A DNA stretch of 64,000 bases from Octopus vulgaris. Its lineage: Eukaryota. The stretch is from the NCBI GenBank assembly GCA_951406725.2, contig OX597821.1, positions 70,990,001 to 71,054,000 on the forward strand. Direction: 5' to 3'. Shown here piece after piece: positions 1 through 15,599 of the stretch. Every line of letters starts with the position of its first letter. Positions within the stretch are counted from its first letter, which is position 1. The notes under the pieces are model-generated. The model worked only from the letters and a program-made list of their open reading frames with translations. It was not told the DNA's origin and searched no databases. Both the position numbers and the translations under genes were made by a program.

Positions 1-366
1 GGTGGCGAGTGGGGCAAACATGTAGGAATCACCTCAATGGGTAAATAACATAAGAGAAGAAAAGGAAAATACGGGGAAACAGTAATGAAATGAGAGAGGG
101 GGAGGGAGAAAGGTGTCAGGCAGAGTTAGTGGTCGAAGCGTAAAGATGTATGCAAATATATGCGTATAGCTTTGTATATGTATTTGTCTTTGTGTGTATA
201 TATTCGCTGCGATTATGGTATGTGACTGAGTCTTTGTATTTGTATAAACGTGTATGAATGAGTATATAACAGGCGAGTGAATGATTGTATACACATCAGT
301 ATAATATCAATATATTTATACATTGATAAATACACACACACATACACCCCACGCACATATACAAAT

Positions 367-850
<484 letters not shown>

Positions 851-2091
851 AAAGAGTGTATATATATATATATATATATACATACATATATATACACACA
901 CATGCACATAGGCAAATACAGAAAGGTGCGTAAATATATTCATGCATATATACCTTACGTGTGTCAGTAATTATTTAGACGTGCGTATGTATATATATAT
1001 GTGTGTGTGTGTACAATATGCATATATATTTACATGCGTAGGCGTGCATACAGGTGTGTCATATATGTATGTATGTATATATGTGTATGTGTGGATATGA
1101 AACCGAGAGACCGTAAAATATGTTTGTAAAACTGCATGAATATAAGCCAAACTCCTTACATCTACCCGTTGTATGAATGTTGAATATAAACTTTCACCTG
1201 CTTCAATCCTTGTTGTCTTTGGCACTACTTCTACCCCTCATAATGAGAGGGATGAGGAGAGCGACAACGATGACGATGAGGAAGAACAGAAAGAGGAAAC
1301 GGAAATGAGTATAACAACGAGAAAGACGGTGATTATGATGATGATGATGATAATGGTGGCAATGTCTATGAATTTTATACAAATACATGCAATGGATGAG
1401 AAATACGCACTCGAAGTAATTAAGTCAGAAACTCACAATGCTACATGTATATGTGCGTGCGTGTGTGTGTGTGCGTGCGTGCGCGTGTCTGTTTGTAATT
1501 GTATATATGTGAATGTGTGTGTGTGTATTGATAGATAAGTTCCTTTATTGGCCACACAGGGCTGCATACAGATGTGACAAGTTACAAGGTAGAGCTTTTC
1601 TTTTAGGGGAAAAAAAAGGTGGCGTAGGTTTTCGATCAAAAGGGATCGTAAAAGGGAAATAAAAACAAAAAAAAGAAATAAAGAAAAAAAAAGGAAAAGA
1701 AAAATAGAAAAAAAAAATAAATAAAGACAAAAAAGAAAAAAGGGAAAAATAGAAAAGAAAAATGAAAAAAGAAGAAAAAAGAGGAAAAAAGGCGTGTATT
1801 GATAGATTGATTGATGGATGGATAGATAGATACAAAAAAAGAATGTGAACAGAATGATGTAGTTCTTGATCAAATTATGCAACGCGCGTTTCAAGAGCCT
1901 GCCAGTTATTCGTTCGTAATGTATTACATAATATGAAGATACAAATATGAATTACATAACCACATGCAATTCATATTTGTAACTTCATACTATCTAATAT
2001 ACTATGAGAAAATAAATGGCTGTGTTGTGTTTTTTTTGGGGGGGGGGGTTTGTGTTTTCTAGTTTGGATTAATTATATATATATATATATA

Positions 2092-2377
2092 TTAGAGAAA
2101 AACCACTATTATGTAATTCAAACAATGATAGACATAAACCAAATCATAAAGAAAAAATAAAATTTATTATAAAACATAACTAGATCACAAAGAGTACAAA
2201 AAATGAATAAACAATATATAATAAGTAAAAAGACTACGTACATTTCGTGGCTATAACTTCAATTGGAATTGCAATTGAATTTAAATTTAATCGAAAAACA
2301 ATTCAATTTAAAAGTATAGTCACGCCTGAGGTCAACAATAATGACAATACTAGTTAAATAATCAAATAGAATAAAAC

Positions 2378-2380
<3 letters not shown>
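2092..2380 (-). mobile_element. pLTR-like fragment with a decayed hammerhead (2232-2333)
   Basis: GAC-CUCAGGC(mutated core)-GUGACUAUA...UAUAGCCAC-GAAA-UGUACG-UA-GUC, between (TA)n tracts. Confidence 0.55.
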
Positions 2381-2424
<44 letters not shown>

Positions 2425-2543
2425 TGTATGTATGTATGTATGTATGTATGTATGTATGCATGCATGTATATATGTATGTATGTGTATATATATATATATA
2501 TATAAATATATGTATATATATATACATATATATGTATATGCAT

Positions 2544-2581
<38 letters not shown>

Positions 2582-3442
2582 TAATATATCAGTGGCTACT
2601 CCGGCACTCGGACTTATCGGGTATCGCTCGAGTATAAATTTAGTAAAGTGAATGTGTATTTGTGGACTGATTTAAAATCTGCCAACATTGACTTCAAGTA
2701 TGTAATTGCGGCCAATAACTCCGGCTCCTTTCATTGAGCCTGGTCGCAGTTAATTTATTTTTGTTCAACGTCTGGCGGTCGTCTTAGTGGTGCCATGTGT
2801 CAAAAAATATCATTCGTAGCAGACGTTCTCTCGATATCGTTCATATGTCCCTGACTCGGGCTCAGAAGTTACAGCCCGAGTTGTTATCTATAGTCGTAAA
2901 AATTAAAAGTAATTCAAATTCAATGTTCTCTTGAAACAATAAATTTCTAAAGAGATTAAGATTTAAATTCCATTCTTAAAGGAACGGAAAATTATTCAGC
3001 AACTCGGGCTAATACGAATGAGCCTGGTAGGTGTATAAAAGACAAGTTGGCATCTCTTGTCAAGAGTACAGGCGACAGACAGATCGCTGATGTTTGTTGT
3101 GTACTCTGCTGTTGTGATTTGATTGCTGTTACTCTGTGCTTCTCTGTGTAAAGATCGGTTGTGTTTTGCAGGGTTGTTTTATTTTCACCATGAACTTAGA
3201 AATGGAGAAAAACATAGTGTTGGATATAAAAACAAAAATAAGCTATTTGGGGCTAGAAATAAAGCGGAAAAACGTGAACTTCTTCGAGCAGGCATGTCAT
3301 GTATCTTATGCAAAATCTATGTTGAGCCCGAGTGACGCTGATGACCAGGTGCCGCCTCTGATAATTATATATGTGACCGCACGTGTATCGTTGGCGATTT
3401 TCTTTCTCCGTCTTCCCTTCCTTGGACCTTTCCTTTTCCTAT

Positions 3443-3477
3443 GTTTCTGACGAAGAGCTCCGCTCGAAACGTTAAAT
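3443..3477 (+). ncRNA. Minimal type I hammerhead in a Penelope-like 3' fragment (about 3270-3577)
   Basis: GUUU-CUGACGA-A-GAGC(UCC)GCUC-GAAA-CG-UU-AAAU. Palindromic AACGUU, followed by a pyrimidine-rich tail and (TA)n. Confidence 0.72.
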
Positions 3478-3571
3478 CCCACTTCTTTCTTTCCTTTCCT
3501 GAGCGTCCAATAACACTACACTTGTTCCACGTCCTCGTGCTGTTGTGTTTTCTCTTTGTTCATGTTTGGAT

Positions 3572-3652
<81 letters not shown>

Positions 3653-3690
3653 GGAATGGTTACTTGTTTTCCTGGGTTTGGTCAAGTGAG

Positions 3691-3771
3691 GTAGACACCT
3701 GATGAGACTCCAATAAGAGTCGAAAATCGACTTTCAATCAACAGAGAAACTACGAAATTTGTCGTGTTTGT
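3691..3771 (+). ncRNA. Type I hammerhead-like motif with a long stem III region
   Basis: GUAGACAC-CUGAUGA-GACUC(CAAUAA)GAGUC-GAAA-about 35 nt-GUC-GUGUUUGU. Stem I 8 bp including wobbles; A.G mismatch at 15.2/16.2. Confidence 0.62.
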
Positions 3772-4098
3772 ATGTCTTATATACATGTGTGTCTATATAC
3801 ATGTACATGTGTGTGTATGTGTGCACAGATATATGTACGTATGTACGTATATATATATACAATGACTCCTGTAAAAGTATTTTATATCGATTGCGATGTC
3901 CTTAACAACCACCTGTCTAAATTTCATTCCATTGTGCTCTCTATCAGAATATCTATCAAGCGATCAGACATTCAGTTTATTTATTTGCCTCTCGCTCCAC
4001 CCAAACACTTAACTCATTATTGCTTTATATGCCTATCTGATTATACGTGCATGGCTCTATATACATACATATATACATGTGTGTGTGCGTGCGCATGC

Positions 4099-4146
<48 letters not shown>

Positions 4147-4979
4147 CATTGTTTTCTTCCCAGGTTTTCACACGTCCTCTTAAATTCCCAATTTATTTAC
4201 ACAGAAACATTCAGATTTAGAAATAAATGAAAGATTTCATAAAATATAAATAATACTCAGGGTAGGGTCTTTAATTTATGTTCAGTGTTTATATTGTCAT
4301 AACGCATTTATTTCTACACCCATGCACTCGCCCATACAGAGATGTATGTATAATTCTTATGGGTACGGATGAATATATATATATATATATATATATATAG
4401 TCGTGTGTCAGTATTTATATGCATGCAATTGTGTGGATATATATATATGTGTGTATACATTTATACATCCATGCGTACTTTTATTTTCGATCATTAGGAT
4501 TTATAGGATCTGGCTACCCGGTTTCCGTGGCCCCTAAGTGACCGAAACCATAACATCAATCCAGAACTTGTCGCCGGTCCGTCGCAGGATTCAAAGCCAG
4601 TGATTTCAAAGGGAGAGAAGAATTCATTTATATCGACCCCAGTACATGACTGGTACTTTCTTTTATCAAACTGCGAAATGATGAAAAGCAAATTTGAGCC
4701 TGGCGGGATTTGAACACGGGATGTAAAGAGTCGAAAGAAATGCCGCCAAGCACGTTGGCCGATTCTACCCTCTCACCGTCTTACATATATTCATGCCTAG
4801 TGACACACTGACACACACCTGCATGCAACATCCCATAATACTCTTTCATGGCCTCCAACGATTCTTACACTTCTTAACTGAAATATTGTGACTTTTTCTA
4901 CAGTCGTTTCTTCGTTTTTTCTTTTTAATTTCGTTAGTCTTGTTTTGCCCTTATTGTCCATAATGTTAATAAAGAAATC

Positions 4980-5850
<871 letters not shown>

Positions 5851-6359
5851 CGCCAAGGTGGCAAGATCCATACTCCCCTGGTTTTGAACTCAGAGTGTTC
5901 CTCCTCCTAGGCTGCTTTACCCCACAAGGCTAACGAGTAGAGTCTACCCGGAGCACTGGTTATTTGAAACCGCCAGATACTCGCCTTTTCTCACATTACC
6001 CCCGTGGGTTTGGTGAAGGAGTCAACCAAAACTGCAGAGCTCATACTACCCATAAGTTGGGCCTGTTCCCTTCGCATTTCTGTGTGTTGGGGGCCATGAT
6101 TCTGATTCGGTTAGTCCCGTATCTTCATCCAAATATTGCTCCGGAGTTAAGTCCCAATTCGCAGTTCATTCACCTTCATCCCAGGCATGGAGTCATTAGA
6201 TACTGACAGTTTCTCACCACTGTGACTAAGGAGTTCTATCTAACCCTGTTTTTAAATCAGAGTGTTCTTTCTCCTTGACAGACTGCCAACCAAGACTCAT
6301 GAGTTCTGTCTACCCGTTTAGCGGAATTGCCGGTTTAGTCGCCGACGACTCGACGGTGC

Positions 6360-6398
6360 ATTATTATTATTATTATTGTTATTATTATTATTATTATT

Positions 6399-6445
<47 letters not shown>

Positions 6446-6960
6446 TATTTTAACTCAGGTTATGTTAGAACTCCTGCAGTTTTGCAAGAGCGGCAAGGTT
6501 TGTATTTGTAGCCCACGGTATCGTGCTTTCTGTATTTGTTCGACAATCGAATATTTTCTCGATAATTCTGGCCGTATCAAGGAAGCAAACCTTTTGAAAC
6601 AGTTTTACTGGGATTCCGATTTCTTGATGCCTCTTGATGCCTCATGATACTGACCCCTAATGACTGGCATTTATCTTCACTTTTTTCATCCTCCATAATC
6701 CAGCTATCTCGTATTTAAGAGGACTGTACATGTCTATTTTGTCACTTTCCTTTTCAATTATTCGTCCGTCAAATAGGACAGGCAACGTCAAGTACAGAAC
6801 CCATGTGGTTTATCTTGTCCACCACCTTTAGGTCCAGCTTGTTGTCCTCAAGTATTTGGTCCATTTGGATTGAGAAACCCCACAGGATTTTACAAGTTTT
6901 CGACTCACCCATTATTAATACCATTATCAGCATCACTCTGAACCCAATCGAGTAGACTGA
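6360..6960 (-). mobile_element. R4/Dong-type REL endonuclease 3' fragment
   Basis: KILWGFSIQMDQILEDNKLDLKVVDK...LDVACP, with a (TAA/TGA)n tail. Confidence 0.65.
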
Positions 6961-7806
6961 AACTGTGCAAAATCCCACATCTCGTGGAGTAGATTTTACC
7001 GGATCAGGTATGTTAGAATTAACCTGTTACTCGGATTAACACCGCAACCTGCCCAATGAGTATTTATCTTGGAGGCTAGTCTGTTGTAATCAACCGGAAC
7101 GGGTCGACTAGTCTGGAGGATATATCATTAATTTCTTGTCCCCTACTACCACTACCACCTCACCCCACCACCAACCACAAAAACCCAGCAAGAATATTCA
7201 TAGGCATTCGGTGTTTGCCTCAGAGTAAGCCATTAAAAATTATAAAAGAAAAAGTGAGTATGCGAATGTTATTATAAGGCGAGATCAAGTTGAGATAGAT
7301 GTTTCGAACTGTGCCTCTTCGTTGAAAAGTAAAACTGACGATACGGACAGGAAATGCCTGGGAATTAGAAATGGGAGTATTATTGCGTCAGCGTCAGTCG
7401 AGAGGAATTTGATGAGGAAGTAGTGTACAAAAGGATATAGGAATTGAGATTTATAAATTTTGGCAAAGATAAGGAACAATAACGCCTGGTAGCATTTGGT
7501 GAGCTTGTTTCATTGTAAGCAAAAGTAAGCAACACCTGAAGGGATGGAGGATAAAACTCCATCACCACCAACCAACAAGGAACCTCTGTGTGGTTGCTCC
7601 AAATGGAAGAAATAACAGCTAAATTCCTCTCAAAACACACCTGATGGATATTTTATGAAAAGGAGGAAAGTTCACACTGGATAAAGCAATCTTGGATACA
7701 TTGTCAGAATATGAGATGGAGTGGTCATGGCTGGAGCACTCTGTTCAAAAGTCTGCTACATCAGATCTCACTTGTGACTAAACAATGACGACGGCAGTGA
7801 CAATAG

Positions 7807-7858
<52 letters not shown>

Positions 7859-8579
7859 ACCATGAACCAAAGATAGATCCCATACATGATCACTCGACCC
7901 GCCAAAAGTCCCCCTCAAATCACATTCTAATATCTTATAGGCAAATAAACGATTGGATGGCCATATATTGAAGGTCTTGATCATAAATCCTCTTTGTCAC
8001 ATCTGATCTGCAGCCAAGCAATAACAACAACATCATGACCCAAGGCGGTAATCTCTCTGCATTCACTTCTCCACCTTTCTTACATCGACCGAGGCTTTCG
8101 TATCTGCTGTTCTACTGCATCGTTTCCTCTTTAAACATAGAACGGCATTGCATTGGTTCATGGTGTTGTTGGAAGAATGAATGGAGAGGCGGGCAAAAAT
8201 GTTGCTGTTTTTAGTGGATTCCTCTTACGTTCCGATTTCAAATACTATCGAGGTTGATTTCACATGTCTTCATTCCAGAGTCCATAAGATAATGTACCAG
8301 TTAAATACGGTGTTCGATGTAATCTACTATTCTCATGTTACAGTTGGTAAACACGAGAAAACAATTTTGCATAAGATGCACAGTTTCAAGTGGAAAATTG
8401 GTGGGAAAATCGAGTGGGAAAATCGAGTGGAAAAACGAGTGGAAAAATGAAGTTGTGTTAATTAAAAGCAAATGAAAAAGATAATTATGAAATATATTTT
8501 GTAAATTTTTTCCCTTGCGAATATCATTTTTTTAAAAATAACTTATCAATATCGTTATTATTTTAATGTCTATTTTTTC

Positions 8580-9240
8580 AGGTTTGCATGGGTCAGACGA
8601 CATTTCTAAAACAGATTTTCCGTCTCAACAGAAATATCTTTAGAAAAACCTGCCAATAAAACTATACAGAGAGAGAAATTAATTTTTTAAATATGTTATT
8701 ACAATGTTAGATAAGGAAACTAAGATAAGATGAAATTGACGAAACACTGGAAAATACTGGGGAATCAAAGAATTAGATGTGTTGCAAGAAACACAAATAA
8801 AACAGTCGCGTTAGATTGATGTTTAAAACTAAGCTAAATGCCGAAAATAAGGCAATCGGTTTCAATCGATACCCAAGCTGTTTCAATAAGTTATAGTTAT
8901 AATATTCTCAACTGAAAGCTAAATGATTTAACAAAACTAGACTGAAAAGCAAGGAAAATATGACTGCGCTTAGAATACACACCCCAAAGTCAACAGAGAA
9001 AGATTATATTTACCAAGAATACAAGGGGAGAGGTTTTCTAAGAGTAGAAAATTATTGTAAGATATCTATTGTGAGACTATAAAAATATATAACACGAGAA
9101 AAGAATAAAGAAGAGGAAACTAATACAAACAGCTTCAAGGAAAGCAAGAAATATAAAACAGGGACTGAGGTAAGAAACAGCTGTGAGGAGAAATTCGATA
9201 CAGCAAGAGAAAGTATTAAACAACTAAGAATTAAATAGGA
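8580..9240 (+). mobile_element. Degenerate R4/Dong-type RT fragment
   Basis: Remnants such as MTALRIHTPK, RLYLPR and GRGFLRVE across frames. Confidence 0.5.
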
Positions 9241-10987
9241 TTTCGAAGATAAATGGTGATGTTGTAAGAAGGAAGCATGAAAGTCGCTCGTGAATTGTTA
9301 AAAGGTGGGAAATGAAGAGCTTTGGTTATGTAAGACGAGAACATGACACCCTATCTTTAGTAAATATGGTCGTGTATGGATTACCTCCGGTAAGAATCGG
9401 TTTATGAAGACCTCAAAGGGGATGTTTGAGTAACACCAATGAATAAAGAGAAAGATGGTGGAAAGCATGAGGTGGGTTGTTCGTAACTAGGAAAGATGAA
9501 AGAATAGAGTTTGCGTCTTTTGCTGTGCATCTACTTAGCTCCCAAGGCGGTGGATGTTCATTGATTAACTAATAATAAAATTGATGGAAAGACTAAGTGA
9601 TTTAGTTATTACTAATTAGCCAAAATCAAGCTGTGACTATTCCGATGTTTTACATTCAGACATTGTCTATCAAAGACGTGACGATTCATTTTTAAAACAA
9701 TAGTGTGATATTTGAAAGAGTTTACTGCCATTTCCCCTCGCTAGATGTTTTCGTATATTTGAAACGCTGCCCATTGGCACAGTGAATATATAGACAGAGA
9801 AACAGACAGATAAGATATATAAATACCTACATACATACATACATACATACATACATACATACATACATACATACATACATACATACATACATACATACAT
9901 ACATACATACATACATACACTGTTATAATATAAAGATAAATTTGAGGAAGATTAAACTGTAAATTCTATCAAAGCGAGCAACCGTTTAGCAATGCCATCG
10001 CTGGTAAATGTAGCTTAATTCTAAGGAAATATACTAGTTTTATTGAAATATTTACCCCTTTCTTTCTGTTTTTGATTTTGGTTGATATATATATAAAAGA
10101 GAAGTGCGAAGCCCAGAGTTAGATGTATGGAATACATAAAATCTTGAAGTCCTTAAAATAGATAGACTTCAGAATGATAGGAATTCGTTCGACGAATAAC
10201 CATTGGTAGAATAGTATGCCTTTTCAAAATGGTCGTTCTTTGAAAGTTTTGTTATCATTTAATACAATCCCCTGATCAGGCGACAAAAAGAATTAAGACA
10301 GGAAACAAAAAACGGAAAAAGATGTTTACTGCGCTCTTTTATTTGAAGTTACAAAATGTCATTCTTTGTCTTTTTATTTTAACCCCTTTTTTCTGTGCTA
10401 AAAGCCTCTTAATTGTTGACAGATGAGTCATGTAAGTTTATTCACATCATCTTCATTCTGTTGCTTCTATGTCCGAGGGTTTCCTTTTCTTCTTAAGCGA
10501 TTTTCTTAAGTAACCTCAACAGCAGACGACCGTAAGGTAATTTCTAGCATCAAATACAAGTGAACATTGAATGGAGAAGTTAATGATGAGATCTGCGAAA
10601 GTAAACGGGTGGAAATACAATGAATATACACACAGACGTATACGTGTGTTTGTGTATGCATGCTTGTCTGTGATTGTGTGTGTGTGCGTGTCCCTTTATA
10701 TATTTATATATATATATATATATATATATGAAGGGGAACAGAGAAAAAGAGATACGTGTATACATACATACAAATATATATATGCATGTGTATATATATA
10801 TATATATATATATACATACAGATAAACATATATATAATATAATGTTTATATATATGTATAAATATATATATCTGTATATATATATTTATATATGTACGAG
10901 TATTAATCGCTGTGCAGGGTGATGAAGCTGGGGACAACAGCAACAGTCGTAGCATAAGCAGCGGCAGCAGCAGCAGTAACAGCAGCG

Positions 10988-11057
<70 letters not shown>

Positions 11058-11284
11058 AAGACAAAGAAAGAAAGAAAGAAAGATAGAACTGCCAACGAGA
11101 ATGTGTGTGTTAGAAATCTAAACTGGGTGGAACGGTTATTGTAGAGACGAGTGGGCGGAAATAGCAACGGGTGGATAGGGACACCCATACGTGCATCCAT
11201 CCATCCATGCATCCATCCATACATACATACATACATGCATGCATACATGCATACATACATACATATATTGATTTATACATACAT

Positions 11285-11353
<69 letters not shown>

Positions 11354-11512
11354 GAGAGAGGGGGGGAGAAAATGATTCGTATATATATATGTATACTTAT
11401 GCATATATATATATATCTATACATACATACATATACGGATGTATATAAACATATATGTATATGTGTATATATACACACACAAACATATATACACGCACGC
11501 ACACACACACAA

Positions 11513-11567
<55 letters not shown>

Positions 11568-11904
11568 TACGTGTGTGTGTACGTGTATGCATGTGTACAC
11601 AGGTACACATGTATATATATAAACATATATATGTGTGTGTCTTTGTGTTTTCGTACATGTATGAGTGTGTATGTGAGCCTGTGTGAGTGTGTGTTCGTGT
11701 GTGCTTATATGTGGGTACACATACACATACACACACACACACATATACACACATAGATATACATATAAGTATATATAAGTGAGCGTCTGTGCGTGTGTGT
11801 ATAGGAATATATATATATTCCTATACACACACGCACACACAGATATATATATATATACATACATATATGTATATATAAGTGAGTGTCTGTGCGTATGTGT
11901 ACAG

Positions 11905-11964
<60 letters not shown>

Positions 11965-12378
11965 GCATATGTAAACATTATTTTATGTGTGCGTAGTTGC
12001 ATACTTTGTACAAGTATGTGTGTGTGTATGTGCATGTATTATTGAGATCTACAGATGTCTTTATACAAAGGACATAATATTTTCGTAAACAGAAGAGGGT
12101 GAAGAAGAGGAGGGAGATGTAGACGGAGGGGGAGGAGGAAGAGGAGAAAAAATAAGGAAAAGAAGGAGAAGAAAGTGCAAGTTGTTGAAAAAAGTGGAGT
12201 GTGAAATGTGGTTTGGAAGGAGTGATAGAGTAAATAAATATTTGGGAACAAAAGTGACGGTGTGTTTTGCTAGCAAACGGTTAGGTGTTTTGACTTTTGT
12301 GAAACCTGATAAATGTGTCGGGGTGGAGTTAGGGAATTAGAAAGGAGGGAGGGTGAAGCGGAAGAGCTGTAAAAGAAG

Positions 12379-12444
<66 letters not shown>

Positions 12445-12837
12445 TGATGTTGCTGCTAGTGTTTAGCCCCTGGTCGGCTTCAGTACACTGTTTCATTGCT
12501 CTATATCGGTATGTAGACACCGCACCGATGGAATAAACCAGGAGAATGACTAGGAGTCAACAGGTTAACAATTTTCGTTCCGGCGAAGATGATTTTTACC
12601 AGTTAAAAATGTCCTTCCCATGATTCCTTGCTGCCTAATGGAAAAAAAACAAAAACAAGATGATATTAGCACCACTATCATCTCTTCATTCTGATGATGA
12701 GACCGAGGTTTCAAACGCGAATAGAAATTAGGAACGTTGCTGTTCCAAACTCGCCCTAAAACACTAATGAAGAATATAAAAATTCTTTAAAGAGATTAAA
12801 TTCTCATATTCAATGTAATGCGCTTGAAAGAAATATT

Positions 12838-13420
12838 CATTTCTACTCTAGGCACAAGGCCCGAAATTTGGGGGAACGGGGCTTGTCGATTAGATCGACC
12901 CCAGTGCGTAACTGGTACTTATTTAATCGACCCCGAAAGGATGAAAGGCAAAGTCGGCCTCAGCGGAATTTGAACTCAGAACTTAAAGACATACGAAATA
13001 CCTATTTCTTTACTACCCACAAGGGGCTAAACACAGAGGGGACAAAAAAGGACAGACAAACGGATTAAGTCGATTATATCGACCCCAGTGCGTAACTGGT
13101 ACTTAATTTATCGACCCCGAAAGGATGAAAGGCAAAGTCGAGCTCGGCAGAATTTTGAACTCAGAACGTAGCGGCAGACGAGATACCTATTTCTTTATTA
13201 CCCACAAGGGGCTAAACATAGAGGGAACAAACAAGGACAGACATAGGTATTAAGTCGATTACATCGAGCCCAATGCGTAACTAGTACTTAATTTATCGAC
13301 CCCGAAAGGATGAAAGGCAAAGTCGAGCTCGGCGGAATTTTGAATTCAGAACGTAGCGGCAGACGAGAATACCGCTCAGCATTTCGCCCGGCGTGCTAAC
13401 GTTTCTGCCAGCTCGGCACC
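12838..13420 (-). mobile_element. tRNA-derived SINE with Nin/Deu-type core present in three tandem copies (unit about 185 bp)
   Basis: Three copies of actttgcctttcatcctttcggggtcgat, one tRNA-like head near 13340-13420, and one tail near 12838. Confidence 0.8.
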
Positions 13421-13544
13421 TTGCTTGAAAGAAATATTGTTCCATGTGTATGCATGTATATGTTTGTGTATGTGTATATGTGTGTATGATGTTTATGTGT
13501 ATGTGTGTGTGGTGCAAGAAAAGGAAGATGGAAAAAGATGGTAA

Positions 13545-13815
13545 AGATGACAGTTCCCTGGGAAGCGAATGACTAAGAAGCTTTCCTCGGGGAAGATGCA
13601 AAAGACATTGAGCTGGTTGCACTCTGTGGAAGCAATGGATGGGAGACGATATGCCTCCCTGTAGGGATCAAGTGTTAGAGGATTTGATGGAACCAAATTT
13701 CACTAGATGTTCAGGAGTCTTGAACTAGCTGAGAAGGAGAGAAAAGATACTGCCAGATGGTCAGAAAACGCTGAGAAAGCAAGCGATTAGATCTGGCTCA
13801 AGATAAAGAATAAGC
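13545..13815 (+). mobile_element. Degenerate REL endonuclease tail of a Hero/NeSL-like retrotransposon
   Basis: MTVPW, CGSNGWETICLPV, RGFDG and ENAEKASD*IWLK remnants. Confidence 0.5.
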
Positions 13816-14197
13816 GGTGCAGCAAGAAAATTCCGGCCCAGAGTCGCAACATCTGATTCAACAAAGCTTCTGCTGATGTGTGGAAGCTTTGCCGCTTTTA
13901 TCTGCCAGTGGTCCAAGACAGTTCTGGTACGCAGTGGAAGGGGCCAAAACACCGATGGAGCTGCTTCTCCTCTTAATGAGACACCAACTCCTGCATTCAG
14001 TGAAGGAGTACATTAGTACCCTCAGCACACAAGCGTTTACCTTAAATATATTTTATATACATTTGTGAGAATATATTTCTGAATTCTACTCGTTTGGAAA
14101 ATGATTTCATCTGCGACTGCGATGTAGAAACTGAAACGATTACGATGTAGAAAATCGATTTAAGAACAGGAAAAATCTGTTGTAGTCACTTGAAGTT

Positions 14198-14741
14198 TTG
14201 GGATATATTTTGTTCTATTTTGAGAGGGTCATTATGCCAATAATAACCCACGCACTGGTTCTATTTTACTTTTTTATGAGTCAACTGACGAACCATTTAA
14301 CCATTCAACTAATCGATTTATTTATTGAGGTGGTAACATTTTCATTGCACTTTCGCAGCCTTTGTCACTGAGAATTTTTCTAAAATACGTGCAGTAGCTG
14401 TAGAATTCTGTTAGGGACCAGTTGGCAAGTGTGTGTGTGTATGTGTGTGTGTGTGTGCGTGTGCGTGCGTGTAAGCATGTATGCATGTATATATGTGTGT
14501 ATGTATGTATATATGTGTGTATGTATATATGTGTGTGTGTATAAATGTATGTATGTGTGTGTGTGTCTGTGTGAGTATATGTATGCGTGTGCATGTATAT
14601 GTATTGGTTAACCATTTAAAGAATCGATTAGTTGACTGGTTAAATGGTTCGTCAGTTGACTCATAAAAAGTAAAATAGAACCAGTGCGTGGGTTATTATA
14701 GACATAATGACCCTCTCAAAATAGAACAAAATATATCCCAA
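14198..14741. repeat. Inverted repeat, arms of about 120 bp (14198-14318 / 14622-14741), each ending in CUGACGA + stem II
   Basis: Arms are near-identical. The right arm has CUGACGA-ACCAUUUAA...UUAAAUGGU but no GAAA. Confidence 0.7.
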
Positions 14742-14791
14742 TACACAAGTTCCCGTCGAAAATCTCGCAAAGCAAATACAGACATGATATA

Positions 14792-14835
<44 letters not shown>

Positions 14836-14999
14836 TATATATATACACACACACATACACACATACATAATATTTGTATGTGTGCGTGTGTATGTGTAGT
14901 TTTGTGTTATGTGTGTTTGTGAGTATGCCTATGCGTGCATTGCGTCTCTGTAGAGAGAGAATTTTTTTATGCCGTCATATATTATCGTCAGGGTATGAC

Positions 15000-15063
<64 letters not shown>

Positions 15064-15129
15064 CGACTGTGGCCGAAACAAACATAGAACATACCGAGTT
15101 ATGCGCTGCTCGGCATATCTGAAAGTGAC

Positions 15130-15420
15130 GTTTATTTGTTCTGCTTGGATCTGCTAAGTTCGATGTGATACGATTCTTTTAGAATGCGAATTTTTTTCAC
15201 CGTTTTCAGGCAGATCCCGTTTGTGTTTTGCGTTGGGTGGCTGTTGGCAGTTTACTGTAGTCAAAAAGACAAACATGGAATCTCATGAGAAACACCTGTG
15301 GTATTCAAAATAATACAGAACAGATAATCGTCGCAGAGAACAGCAGGCATCATGCAGCTGGTCTGCCTGCTCCTCTCTTCGGCTGATCTTTGAAAGCGAT
15401 CTGGAGAGAATCAGAGCATT
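15130..15420 (+). mobile_element. Possible Helitron Pif1-helicase relic
   Basis: FRQIPFV resembles the GDFRQILPV motif; weak. Confidence 0.25.
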
Positions 15421-15554
15421 TTTCGATTACTTATTTGATTGTGTTTATTTAACATACGCTGGATGAGTGGATGGGTCGATAGAGCGGGGAAAATAATACC
15501 TTGTGGTGCTGTTCTGGTTATGTTCTGAGTTCAAATCAGGCGTGTGTGTGTATA

Positions 15555-15599
<45 letters not shown>

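Noticed and set aside
6962-7022. Possible HDV-like ribozyme relic (CCAC-AUCUC-GUGG)
   Set aside because: P1, the P1.1 GG and the catalytic J4/2 strand do not fit.
12688-12727. CUGAUGA-UGAGACC..GGUUUC-AAACGCG hammerhead-like motif
   Set aside because: Lacks G12 and the UH cleavage site; counted only as a relic.
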